DNA of 63,804 bases, filler included. It is 9 parts of 9 records of this genome, joined end to end, with 100 filler letters (N's around TTAATTAATTAA, not from the genome) between each part and the next. Parts side by side here need not be neighbours in the genome. Positions count along the whole stretch, not along the records: positions 14,351 to 26,546 come from SRR31147125_42207; positions 26,647 to 35,843 come from SRR31147125_42255; 7 more parts are not named here. One strand, given 5' to 3'. The notes below the pieces were generated by a model. That model was not told where the DNA came from. It saw nothing but the letters and a program-made list of their open reading frames with translations, and searched no databases. The position numbers and the translations under genes were made by a program. Of the stretch, positions 20,485-30,167 are shown one piece after another. The first letter of the stretch is position 1; each line of letters opens with the position of its first letter.

Positions 20485-23400
20485 ATGAAAATTACAAAGA
20501 TGAAAAGATCAATATTAATGATATCATTGTTTCTGTTTAGTGTTACCATTGCTTTAGCACAAAAAAACTACACAGGAACAATAACTAACGAAAATGGTGT
20601 TGCCATTGCCGGTGCCCTTATTTCGGGCGACGAAGGCTCGGTGCAGGTACATACCGACGAGGGCGGTACATTCACTATAAAATTAAAAGGAACTAAAGTT
20701 TTGGTTGAAGCAGATGGTTTCGACCCCATACTTGTTGATGCAAATGCGTCGAATATAATGCTTACCAAACCTGAGATTCTTTCAGGAAAAATTAATACGG
20801 TAAACATTCCTTTTACAAGGGTTGAAAAGCGTAAAACTACAGGTGCAATAAATCAAATTATTATTTCGGATGAAATGCAGTTTGACCAACGCCTAAGCTT
20901 AAGCGCAGCTTTAGACGGAAAGGTACCCGGACTAAAAGGTGCCTGGAATATTTGGGGACGTGGTAATGCAATTGTTGTGGTTGACGGTATTCCGCGCGAA
21001 GCCGAAAATTACAACCTGAATGAAGTAGAATCGATTACCGTGTTGAAAGACCCGGTTACACGTGCCATGTATGGTGCACAAGCCGACCAGGGAGTAATTA
21101 TGGTTACGACAAAACGCGGTAAAGCCAACAAACGTGTTTTAAGCTTTAGAGCAGAAACAGGTGTGAGCATGGAAAAAGCACTACCCGAATTTCTGGGTGC
21201 TGCCGATTACATGGGAGCCTACAACCAAGCTTTAATGAACGATGGTGGTGTCGCAAAATACAGCGCCAACGATATTAGCAGTGCAGGTTCAAGTCCGTTT
21301 TTCCCCGATGAAGATTTTTACAGCGATACATATTTGAAAGGAAGTACAAACTTTACCAACATTAGCGCTGTTGCTTCGGGCGGAAACGAGAATACGCAAT
21401 ACTTTGTAACAATGGGCTGGCAACATAACAGTGGTTGGTTCGAATTGGCTGACAACACCGAGAATAATTTAAATCTGCGTGGTGCAGTTGATTTCGATAT
21501 TACCGACAACATTTCAATGAATTTGGATGGTATTGCAAAAATCGATTTCAGAAACATGCCAAACATTACTGATTTCTGGGAGCGTGCATCTTCAACAGAG
21601 CCAAATGCTTACCCTGCCTTGTGGGACCCAAGTTATATTACTGATGATGCCGGGCGTGAAGAAATTTTAGGTTCAGCAAAATTAATTGACGGCATGCTTT
21701 TGGGTGGTAACAATGCCTACACCCAAAACATTTATGGCGACTTTGTAAAAGGTGGCGAACGCAAAGAAATGGACCGATACATGCAGTTTAACACGGGTTT
21801 AGATTGGGATTTAAATAAAATCACTCCGGGATTAAAAGCATCGGCATATTTTACTTTCGATTTTATGAACCGCCTGACAACGTTTCAGGATAGTAAATAT
21901 GCTGTTTACTCACCTGTTCAGAACGAAGAAGGGACGGTAAGTGCACAGGTAATTGGTGAAGACAAATCGGTTGGTAATTTCGCAACCCAAACTTCATCGG
22001 CAACTTTCCACCGCCGTTTTGGTGCATACGGAACCCTTTCGTACGAAAAGCATACCGAAGACCACGACCTTTCAGTGGTTGGTTTGGCTTACCGCGACCA
22101 GATTTCGTTCCGCGACCATTTACAGGATTTTAAAAACCTGACTTTCGGGCTTTCAGGAAATTATGCGTACAAAGGCAAATACTTAGCCGATTTAGCACTG
22201 GTTGCTGTTGGTTCGCAAAAACTTTCCAATGACGAGAACATGGCTTTTACACCTGCCGTTGGTTTGGGCTGGATTCTTTCGGAGGAAGATTTTATGAGCG
22301 ACAGTAAAACTTTCGATTTCCTGAAATTGCGTGCCAACTTTGGAATTCTTAAAAACGACCTTTGGTACACCGCAAACGATGCCTTGGATGGAGACGGTGC
22401 TTATGCTGATTATTTCTTGTACGAAACAGCGTACCAGCGTGGTAGCAATTTCAACTACAACAACCAAAATAATTCGAACGAGGAAATGAATTATGTAACT
22501 CGTTCAAGTAATATTGGCTGGCAAAAACGTACCGAATTTGTTTTGGGTGCCGATGCAGCCATGTTCGATAAAAAACTGTGGTTAGAAGCATCATTCTTTA
22601 ATTCTGAATTGGGCGACATTGTTACCGAAATGGAATACACCTACCCAAATTTAATGGGAGCTGTTCCTTTCTATAGCAATTACAATGCGGAAAGCAACAC
22701 CGGTTTCGATTTAGGTATTAGCTACACTACTGGCGGTAACGACTGGAATTTAACAGTGGGTTCTAACCTTGTGTATTCGGTTCCTAAAATTACCCGGATT
22801 GAAGAACCAATGTACGATGCAACACACGCGTACTTGAGTAAAGACGGTGCAGCTACCGATGCAATTTGGGGATTAAAAGCTGATGGCTTATACGCTGAAA
22901 GTGATTTTACAACGGTTGATTACATAAATAAGGTATTCACTTTACAAGATGGTATGCCAACTTCATCGTACGGTAATGTTCAACCCGGCGATATTAAATA
23001 TGTTGATCAGGACGGAAATGGTGTTATCGACAACGAAGACCAGATGGAAATTGGTAATAGCACATCTCGTTTCCAATACAGTTTGTATGTAAAATTGCAA
23101 GTGAAAGCATTTGAGCTATATGCTATGGGAATTGGACAAACAGGCGATTACAATAACCGCTCAAGCAACTATCATCGTTTTTACGGCGAAATGAAATATC
23201 CCGAATTTACGAACCAGGCTTACGGTCCGAATAACAAAGATGTCAACGCTGAATATCCACGTTTATCATCAACTAAAAACAATAACAATTACCGTAATTC
23301 AACTTACTGGTTATACGAAAACAATTGGTTTAAAATTCCAACCCTGCAAATTGCTTACAATATTAAGAGCAACAACGTAAACGGAGTTTTAAAAGATGCG

Positions 23401-23523
23401 AAAGTATTTGTTCGTGCTGCCGAATTACTCACCATTAGTAAAAACAAAGACCTTACTGAAGTGAATTGGAACAGTGCGCCGCAAACACGTAGTTTCTCAA
23501 TCGGATTTGTAACTAAATTCTAA
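20485..23523 (+). CDS. susC: SusC/RagA TonB-dependent transporter 2 (divergent N-terminus)
   Basis: VVVDGIPR, ITVLKD..AMYG..GVIMVTTKRG, PGDIKYVDQDGNG, EYPRLS, C-terminal Phe; start probably 20485 or 20500. Confidence 0.93.
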   Translation: MKITKMKRSILMISLFLFSVTIALAQKNYTGTITNENGVAIAGALISGDEGSVQVHTDEGGTFTIKLKGTKVLVEADGFDPILVDANASNIMLTKPEILSGKINTVNIPFTRVEKRKTTGAINQIIISDEMQFDQRLSLSAALDGKVPGLKGAWNIWGRGNAIVVVDGIPREAENYNLNEVESITVLKDPVTRAMYGAQADQGVIMVTTKRGKANKRVLSFRAETGVSMEKALPEFLGAADYMGAYNQALMNDGGVAKYSANDISSAGSSPFFPDEDFYSDTYLKGSTNFTNISAVASGGNENTQYFVTMGWQHNSGWFELADNTENNLNLRGAVDFDITDNISMNLDGIAKIDFRNMPNITDFWERASSTEPNAYPALWDPSYITDDAGREEILGSAKLIDGMLLGGNNAYTQNIYGDFVKGGERKEMDRYMQFNTGLDWDLNKITPGLKASAYFTFDFMNRLTTFQDSKYAVYSPVQNEEGTVSAQVIGEDKSVGNFATQTSSATFHRRFGAYGTLSYEKHTEDHDLSVVGLAYRDQISFRDHLQDFKNLTFGLSGNYAYKGKYLADLALVAVGSQKLSNDENMAFTPAVGLGWILSEEDFMSDSKTFDFLKLRANFGILKNDLWYTANDALDGDGAYADYFLYETAYQRGSNFNYNNQNNSNEEMNYVTRSSNIGWQKRTEFVLGADAAMFDKKLWLEASFFNSELGDIVTEMEYTYPNLMGAVPFYSNYNAESNTGFDLGISYTTGGNDWNLTVGSNLVYSVPKITRIEEPMYDATHAYLSKDGAATDAIWGLKADGLYAESDFTTVDYINKVFTLQDGMPTSSYGNVQPGDIKYVDQDGNGVIDNEDQMEIGNSTSRFQYSLYVKLQVKAFELYAMGIGQTGDYNNRSSNYHRFYGEMKYPEFTNQAYGPNNKDVNAEYPRLSSTKNNNNYRNSTYWLYENNWFKIPTLQIAYNIKSNNVNGVLKDAKVFVRAAELLTISKNKDLTEVNWNSAPQTRSFSIGFVTKF

Positions 23524-23526
23524 AAG

Positions 23527-25206
23527 ATGACAATTATGAAGACTATAAAAATAACATTACCAATTATAGTATTCCTTAGCCTTGTTTTTACAGGCTGTCA
23601 GGATTATTTAGAACCCAACGACGACAATCGATTGACTTTGGATGTAGTTCTTAGCAATCCTGAATTTGCTGAGGGATTTATAATGAAAGCCTATAGTGGG
23701 CTTCCAACAAGCTACAATTTTAATGAAGCTGTTGCCAGCGATGATGCGGTTACCAATGACCCCGCTTCAAATATTGTTTCGATGGTTACCGGTGGCTGGA
23801 ATGCACAAAATAATCCTGTTGGAACGTGGGATGGTTCTTTCGAAAATATTTTATACATAAATACTTTCCTTGAGAATATGGAGGGTGTTGAATGGAGTTG
23901 GGAAAGCACTATGCAAAACGACCTGTTCGCCAAAAAATTACGTGCCGAAGCATATGGTTTACGTGCCTGGTACAATTTTAGGCTGTTGCAAAAGCACTCG
24001 GGCGTTGGCACCAATGGCGAATTGTTGGGCTTTCCAATTGTTGAACAGGTTTTAGATCAAGACGACAATTTTGAAATACCACGCTCGTCGTTTGCCGATT
24101 GTGTAAACTTTATTTTGGACGATTGTGACGAGGCTTTAAAAGCGTTACCAAATAACTGGGAAGACACAGGCGATGCCTTGGTTGACCAGGTAAACGGCGC
24201 ACGAAATACCAACCGTATTAATGGCTTGGCGGTTCGTTTGTTAAAATCGAGAGTTGCATTGTATGCTGCAAGTCCGGCTTATTCGGCAAGTGGTTTTACC
24301 ATGCAGGAAGCCGCTCAAATGGCTGCCGATGTATTAGATAACAACGGAGGCTTAGGTGGTTTAAAAGGTTCCGACCTTGAATTTTATAACGATCCTGCCA
24401 ACGCCGAAATTATTTGGGCATCGGCACGTCAAACCGGTCAAACCAACTGGGAAACCGATAACTTCCCTCCATCTTTATTTGGCGAGGGAAAAACAGGTCC
24501 AAGCCAGAATTTGGTTGATGCTTTCCCTATGTCTGATGGAACTCCGGCTATCTCGGGTGCTCCCTATGAAGACCGCGACCCCCGCTTAGGAAAATATGTT
24601 TTGTACAATGGTGCATCGTATCACGGAGGCACAATTTACACCTATAGTGGAAGTGGAATTAATGCTCCGGGTACCGATAAGTTTTCGAGTAAAACAGGCT
24701 ACTATTTGCGCAAGTTTTTACAAGAGGGTGTTGATATTGACCCGGCACTTTCGAGCCCTGTGGGTGGTCAGCATTTTTACACTTACGCACGTTACACCGA
24801 GGCACTGCTAAACTTTGCCGAAGCTGCAAACGAAGCCGGCGGACCCGATGCCGTAGTTGGTGGTTATACCGCCTACGAGGTGATTGATGGACTTAGAAGT
24901 CGTGCAGGAATTAACGATACAACCGGTTATTTGGCTGGTTTAGATCAGGCTGGTTTACGCGAAGTTATCCGTAACGAACGCCGCATTGAACTTTGTTTCG
25001 AGGGACACCGTTTCTGGGACATTCGTCGCTGGGCATTAACCGATGTAATGCAGGAATCGGCAAAAGGAATTAGCATTGCACCCGACCAGGTTAGCATGTC
25101 GGTTGTAAATGTTGAGGGACGTAACTATGATGCGCATCATAAATTTGGTCCTATACCTTATGCTGAGACCTTAAAATATGACCTTGTGCAAAATGAGGGA
25201 TACTAA
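23527..25206 (+). CDS. susD: SusD/RagB lipoprotein 2
   Basis: GCQDYLE lipobox, RDPRL, TGYYLRKF, NERRIELCFEGHRFWD, QNEGY. Confidence 0.96.
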   Translation: MTIMKTIKITLPIIVFLSLVFTGCQDYLEPNDDNRLTLDVVLSNPEFAEGFIMKAYSGLPTSYNFNEAVASDDAVTNDPASNIVSMVTGGWNAQNNPVGTWDGSFENILYINTFLENMEGVEWSWESTMQNDLFAKKLRAEAYGLRAWYNFRLLQKHSGVGTNGELLGFPIVEQVLDQDDNFEIPRSSFADCVNFILDDCDEALKALPNNWEDTGDALVDQVNGARNTNRINGLAVRLLKSRVALYAASPAYSASGFTMQEAAQMAADVLDNNGGLGGLKGSDLEFYNDPANAEIIWASARQTGQTNWETDNFPPSLFGEGKTGPSQNLVDAFPMSDGTPAISGAPYEDRDPRLGKYVLYNGASYHGGTIYTYSGSGINAPGTDKFSSKTGYYLRKFLQEGVDIDPALSSPVGGQHFYTYARYTEALLNFAEAANEAGGPDAVVGGYTAYEVIDGLRSRAGINDTTGYLAGLDQAGLREVIRNERRIELCFEGHRFWDIRRWALTDVMQESAKGISIAPDQVSMSVVNVEGRNYDAHHKFGPIPYAETLKYDLVQNEGY

Positions 25207-25344
25207 TTAGTCTGTGAGATTTTGGGATATGAGTAGTGAGAATAAATACAAATTATTTATAAAGTTGATTTTTAACTTTTCGTTACTCTGGACTCACTAC
25301 TCAATACATAAAATCACATGTCTAAAAATCTAAAAAAGAATACA

Positions 25345-26372
25345 ATGAAAAAATATTTAATATTAATGGCATTTGCAGTTGCCTTGTTCAGCTGCGAAAA
25401 TCAGGATGTTGAGTTTGAAGATTTCGATTTTCAAACGGTGTATTTCCCGATTCAATATCCGGCACGTACTTTGGCTTTGGGCGAAAGTCGTTCTGACAAT
25501 TCAATTGATTTGGAGCATGCTTTTAGCATAGGTGCTTCAGTAGGTGGCATGTATGAAAATACCAAGGAGCGCGTGGTAAACATTCGCCTGGCTCCCGAAT
25601 TGGTTGATGGAGCTTTTATTGATGGTCGTCCGGTACAAATGCTTCCATCTAACTATTACGAGAATACAACTTTTGAAAGTATCACAATTCCATCGGGAGA
25701 GTTTAACGGGATTTTACGCGTGAATTTGACCGATGCATTTTTTGCCGATACACTTTCAACAGAAGTGAATTATGTAATTCCATTGGTAATTGAGCAAAGC
25801 ACCCAGGATTCTGTTTTAGCAGGTATTCCTCTTCCTGAAATTGGTTCTGGTGCAGACCGTCGGGTGTCAACAGATTGGATGCCTGGTTTTGAGCCAAAGG
25901 ATTACACGCTGTTTGCTGTAAAATACATAAATTCTTACCACGGAATGTTTTTGCACAGCGGAGTGGATGAAACATTGGACGAGAGTGGTAATGTGGTTGA
26001 AACATTCACTTACAAAGCTGATTATGTAGAGCAAGACCTGTTGACTTTGCTAACTACAAAATCGATGACAACCTGTTTTATGGACCGCCTGGGGGACAAA
26101 ATACTGGTGATAACTTTAAAGTGGAGTTGTCATTTAACGAATCGGGCAATATTACAATCACTTCGGCAAACGGCGACGACACCGTATACGGTACAGGAAC
26201 ATTTGTTGGTGCCAACGATGCAAATGCAGTTGTTTGGGGCGAACGCGGACATATGACCTTAAGTTTGGATTACTACTACACAGTTAGTGGTGTTACACAC
26301 CACGCAGTTGACCAATTGGTTTACCGGGACAACAATATGCAGTACGAAGAATTTTCGATTACACTTGAATAG
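25345..26372 (+). CDS. PUL accessory lipoprotein (DUF1735/DUF5627-like), frameshifted at G5 26091-26095
   Basis: FSCEN lipobox, VYFPIQYPARTL.LG, YVIPL, KDYTLFAVKYIN; one extra G joins it to ORF 26121-26372 (RLGGQNTGDNFKVEL). Confidence 0.8.
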
Positions 26373-26461
26373 AAAGTTAAAGCTCGTGGCTCGTAACTCG
26401 GGTCTCGCAGCTCAAAAAATAGGTAGGTTAGGTTTAATTGGTTTTAGGTAGAAACCTTGGC

Positions 26462-26509
26462 AAAGAGGGTGCACGCCGAATTTTGGTAGCATCCTCTTGT
26501 TTTTATTAT
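26462..26509 (+). terminator. Intrinsic terminator closing the PUL
   Basis: AAGAGGGTGC...GCATCCTCTT stem followed by GTTTTTATT. Confidence 0.8.
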
Positions 26510-26521
26510 TAAATTTTATCT

Positions 26522-26546
26522 CTGACAGGGTTTTAAACCCTGTCAG
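26522..26546. repeat. REP-like palindrome at the contig end
   Basis: Perfect 12-bp inverted repeat CTGACAGGGTTT-T-AAACCCTGTCAG; resembles dispersed Bacteroidota intergenic palindromes. Confidence 0.7.
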
Positions 26547-26646
26547 NNNNNNNNNNNNNNNNNNNNNNNNNNNNNNNNNNNNNNNNNNNNTTAATTAATT
26601 AANNNNNNNNNNNNNNNNNNNNNNNNNNNNNNNNNNNNNNNNNNNN
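26547..26646. other. Artificial contig spacer
   Basis: N44-TTAATTAATTAA-N44. Confidence 0.99.
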
Positions 26647-27643
26647 GTTGCTTGGTTCATGTGTTGGTATTTTTGAAGAATCGATTTTGCTAGCGCCAAT
26701 AGCAATTTCTTTAGCAGTTGCTCTTGGGTATGATGTTTTTACTGGACTTTTTATCTCTGTGCTTTCAACAGGTTTTGGTTTTGCGGCAGGGGTGTTTAAC
26801 CCGTTTACAACAGGTGTTGCTCAACAGCTTGCTGGTTTAGAGATATTTTCTGGTGTTGGTTTTAGAGCATTATCATTTGTAGTTGTATATGTAGTTTTAA
26901 ACATTTTTATCCAAATATATAGTAAAAAGATATATCAGTCAAAAGAACTAGTAAACAATAATCAATCGTATAAAGAAGAGGAACTAGAAAACCAAAAAAG
27001 AGCAATGTATGCTTTTGTAACTTTACTAATCTGTATGGTTATATGGGTGGTTTTAACGACTCAAGTAAAGGGTCTTTCAGATTACACTATGCCAGCCCTT
27101 GCTTTGATATTTTTGTTTGGAGGAATTATAACTGGATTTGTTGCTAAACAAAAAGCTAAAGTTGTTTTTAAAACGTTTTTAGATGGCGTTTTATCAATAC
27201 TTCCTGGAGTAATACTAATCCTTATGGCGTCATCAGTAAAATATATTATGCAGGCAGGAGGAGTTTTAGATACGCTACTTTATATGGCAAGTAATGCAAT
27301 GCAGGGTATGGGAGTTTATTCCTCGGTTCTTGCTATATATGTGCTTGTTTTGATTCTTAACTTTTTTATTGGCTCGGGGTCAGCAAAAGCATTTTTGGTA
27401 ATACCAATAGTTGCACCAATTGCTACTATGTCTGGTGTAGGCGCGCAATCATCAATTTTGGCATTTTTATTTGGTGACGGATTTTCGAATACATTTTATA
27501 TAACAAACCCTGTGCTTTTAATTACTCTTGGGATTTCTGGCGTTAGCTATATAGATTGGATTAAAAAGACATGGGTCTTGCAAATTTTAACATTGGCTGT
27601 GACATCACTATTGCTGGTACTTTCAGTATTTATTGGGTACTAG
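26647..27643 (+). CDS. YfcC/ArcD-like ion-transporter superfamily membrane protein (5' truncated)
   Basis: GIFEES..LGYD, NPFTTGVAQQLAG, FSGVGFR, NFFIGSGSAKA, FGDGFSN; multiple TM helices. Confidence 0.88.
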
Positions 27644-27925
27644 TTGATGTAATATAATGTCGAATATGGCAGATATAAAGATTCTACGTAAAGGTTAAGT
27701 AAACTATTCATTAATAAGTATATTCTAACATATTTATATGTTAGAATTATTTATTATATATTGATATTTATAAGCATAGATTACTTTCAGATAGAATATT
27801 TTCATTATAGTTTACATTTTTATTCAATGTGTAAAGTTGCTACTCTTTTAAGGGCGATTTATCAGCATGATTTTTAGTATTTTAAATATCGATATTTAAA
27901 TATAAAATATATGAGGTAGTCTATT

Positions 27926-29626
27926 GTGATAAGTGCAACTCACGAAAAAATAGCAAACAGACTCTATGATTTATTAGGTAAAAAATTTCAACTCCATGTA
28001 AGCAGACATGCTTTTATTGAAGGCAATATTAAGCCTAGTTTTGATATGAAATATGCATTTACACCGCACAGGCTAGAAACATCCTATCAGTTTATAGAAG
28101 AAATTTTTAAAAGCATTAAAAATAAAAAATACTCAAGAAAAAGATTGGGCATAAGGTTAGGCGTGGTTACGCATCTTATTTGTGATTATTGTACTGCGTA
28201 TCACTCAAATAGAGAATATAATGATATAAACCTTTTTTCGAACTATATATATGGTAAAAAAATAGATGATATTTTAGCAAACACGTATATTACTATAGAT
28301 GACCTAGATAATAACTTTTATAATAGCAAGATAGACTTAAAGCTAAATCTTGAAAAATATATTGAAAACAGACACACAAAAGAAGCTGTACCAAGGAAAG
28401 ATTTATTGGATGGTATCTCTATAAGTTATTTTCTTTTAAAAGCTATAATAGATGAATATGATAAAAGAAGTTTGGTAGAACTTGAAGAGGATAAAAGAGT
28501 AGCTATTTTGACAGATACGTATTTTCCTCATGTTAATGGTGTTTCAAACACCATATATAATATGATTCAATTTTTTGAAAAAGAAAACACACCTTATTTG
28601 CTTGTTTCTCCAAAATACAAAGAACACGATGATAGAACCGAAGAGATTAATTTGGATGTTGTAAACAGCGTGAAATTCTTTTTAAGCCCAGAAACTAGAC
28701 TTGCGTTTCCTAACGGAAAAAAACTCACTCAGGATTTAGATGAATTTAAACCAACGGTTATTCTAACTATGACAGAATTCAATATTGGTATTTTTGGCAT
28801 AAATTATGCCAAAAAAAATGATATACCGATATTCACAAACTTTTCTACCGATTTTCCTAAATATCTTCCTTATTATAAGCTGAATTTTCTGTTAGATGGC
28901 GTATGGAAGTATATGAGATGGTTTCATGCTCATGGAGTTAAAACGTTTACTCCATCGTATGATTCGAAAGAATACTTGGAGAACAACGGTATCAAAAATG
29001 TAAGAGTTCTTTCAAGGGGGATAGATTCTAAAGATTATTCTCCTGATAAAAGAGATGAAGCTTTACGAAAATCATGGGGAGTTACGGATGAGGTTGTTTT
29101 TCTTTATGTTGGAAGAGTGGCTCACGAAAAGGATTTAGACATTTTAATAGATGCGTATAACAAAATTTACAAAGAGTATAAAGGTAAAGTTAAGCTTGTT
29201 ATTGTAGGTGACGGACCTGAAAAAGAAAAGTATGCAAAGATGCTTCCTTCGGATACGATATTTACAGGTTACTTAAAAGGTGAGGCACTTAGAATAACAT
29301 ATTCTAGCTGCGATGTTTTCTCATTTCCATCATCATCAGAAACATTTGGAAATGTTGTATTAGAGGCTATGGCAAGTGGCTTGCCTGTTATTGGTGTTAA
29401 CAGCGGTGGTGTAGTAGATTCTATTCAAGATAACTACAATGGATTATTGGTATCGCCAAAAAATACAGTAGAGTTCTTTGAGGCTATGAAAAAAATGTTG
29501 CTGAGTGCTGAGGAGAGAAAAGTTTATAGTGAAAACGCAATTGATTTTGCTAAAACTAGAACTTGGGAATTTATATTTGATACTCTAAATGGATATTTTT
29601 CGAAAGTTAGAAATAAACAGAAGTAA
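27926..29626 (+). CDS. Fusion: N-terminal Zn-dependent phospholipase C-like domain plus GT4 glycosyltransferase
   Basis: THEKIA, FIEGNIKP, LGVVTHLICDYCTAYH, then TDTYFPHVNGVS, YVGRVAHEK, ETFGNVVLEAMASGLPV; GAGG RBS before GTG. Confidence 0.85.
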   Translation: MISATHEKIANRLYDLLGKKFQLHVSRHAFIEGNIKPSFDMKYAFTPHRLETSYQFIEEIFKSIKNKKYSRKRLGIRLGVVTHLICDYCTAYHSNREYNDINLFSNYIYGKKIDDILANTYITIDDLDNNFYNSKIDLKLNLEKYIENRHTKEAVPRKDLLDGISISYFLLKAIIDEYDKRSLVELEEDKRVAILTDTYFPHVNGVSNTIYNMIQFFEKENTPYLLVSPKYKEHDDRTEEINLDVVNSVKFFLSPETRLAFPNGKKLTQDLDEFKPTVILTMTEFNIGIFGINYAKKNDIPIFTNFSTDFPKYLPYYKLNFLLDGVWKYMRWFHAHGVKTFTPSYDSKEYLENNGIKNVRVLSRGIDSKDYSPDKRDEALRKSWGVTDEVVFLYVGRVAHEKDLDILIDAYNKIYKEYKGKVKLVIVGDGPEKEKYAKMLPSDTIFTGYLKGEALRITYSSCDVFSFPSSSETFGNVVLEAMASGLPVIGVNSGGVVDSIQDNYNGLLVSPKNTVEFFEAMKKMLLSAEERKVYSENAIDFAKTRTWEFIFDTLNGYFSKVRNKQK

Positions 29627-29652
29627 TATTGGATGCTTTGTATAAAAAAAGG

Positions 29653-29898
29653 CTATCTTAAAAAAAGACACCCTCTTTTGATATTTTTATTCGAATATAG
29701 TTTTTTAAACGACTGTGCTTTTTCTGGTAAAATAATACCTGCAACTATATAAGCAATAAATCCAGCACCTGTAAATGCAACAAGAACCCAAATTATTCTA
29801 ATGAGGCTAGGATCAATATTAAAATAATCTGCCATACCAGCACAAACACCCATTATCATTTTGTTAGATTCGTCTTTATAAAGTCTTTTATTGTTCAT
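29653..29898 (-). CDS. pspC: PspC domain protein
   Basis: KRLYKDESNKMIMGVCAGMADYFNIDPSLIR...AYIVAGIILP; start re-assigned to ATG at 29898. Confidence 0.92.
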   Translation of the reverse strand: MNNKRLYKDESNKMIMGVCAGMADYFNIDPSLIRIIWVLVAFTGAGFIAYIVAGIILPEKAQSFKKLYSNKNIKRGCLFLR

Positions 29899-30064
29899 AA
29901 ATTTCAACTTATCCTTTCTAAAAATCAATATATATCATTAAGCTTTGTTTGTTATTATGTTGGTTAAATAATATCATATTTGTATCAATAGTTGAACAAA
30001 AAGCTATAAACTTCTAAAAATATAGAATTTTATTACATTTAGATGGATTTTTTGAAAATTTTTG

Positions 30065-30093
30065 TTGAATAATTTATTAACGTATAATATAAT
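30065..30093 (+). promoter_or_regulatory. Candidate sigma-A promoter for the surface protein gene
   Basis: TTGAAT-17 bp-TATAAT; the region is AT-rich, so chance matches are possible. Confidence 0.5.
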
Positions 30094-30167
30094 TATGCAG
30101 TATAGATAGATATAATAACATAATAATATAATAAAAAAATACGATATAGTCTTACAGGGGGTTAAAG

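Noticed and set aside
27651..27715. Purine-riboswitch-like string (TATAA...AATATGG...TTCTAC...GTAAA)
   Set aside because: P1 and P3 do not pair convincingly, the loop CC needed for the kissing interaction is absent and the downstream gene is unrelated; an Infernal search with the Rfam purine model would settle it
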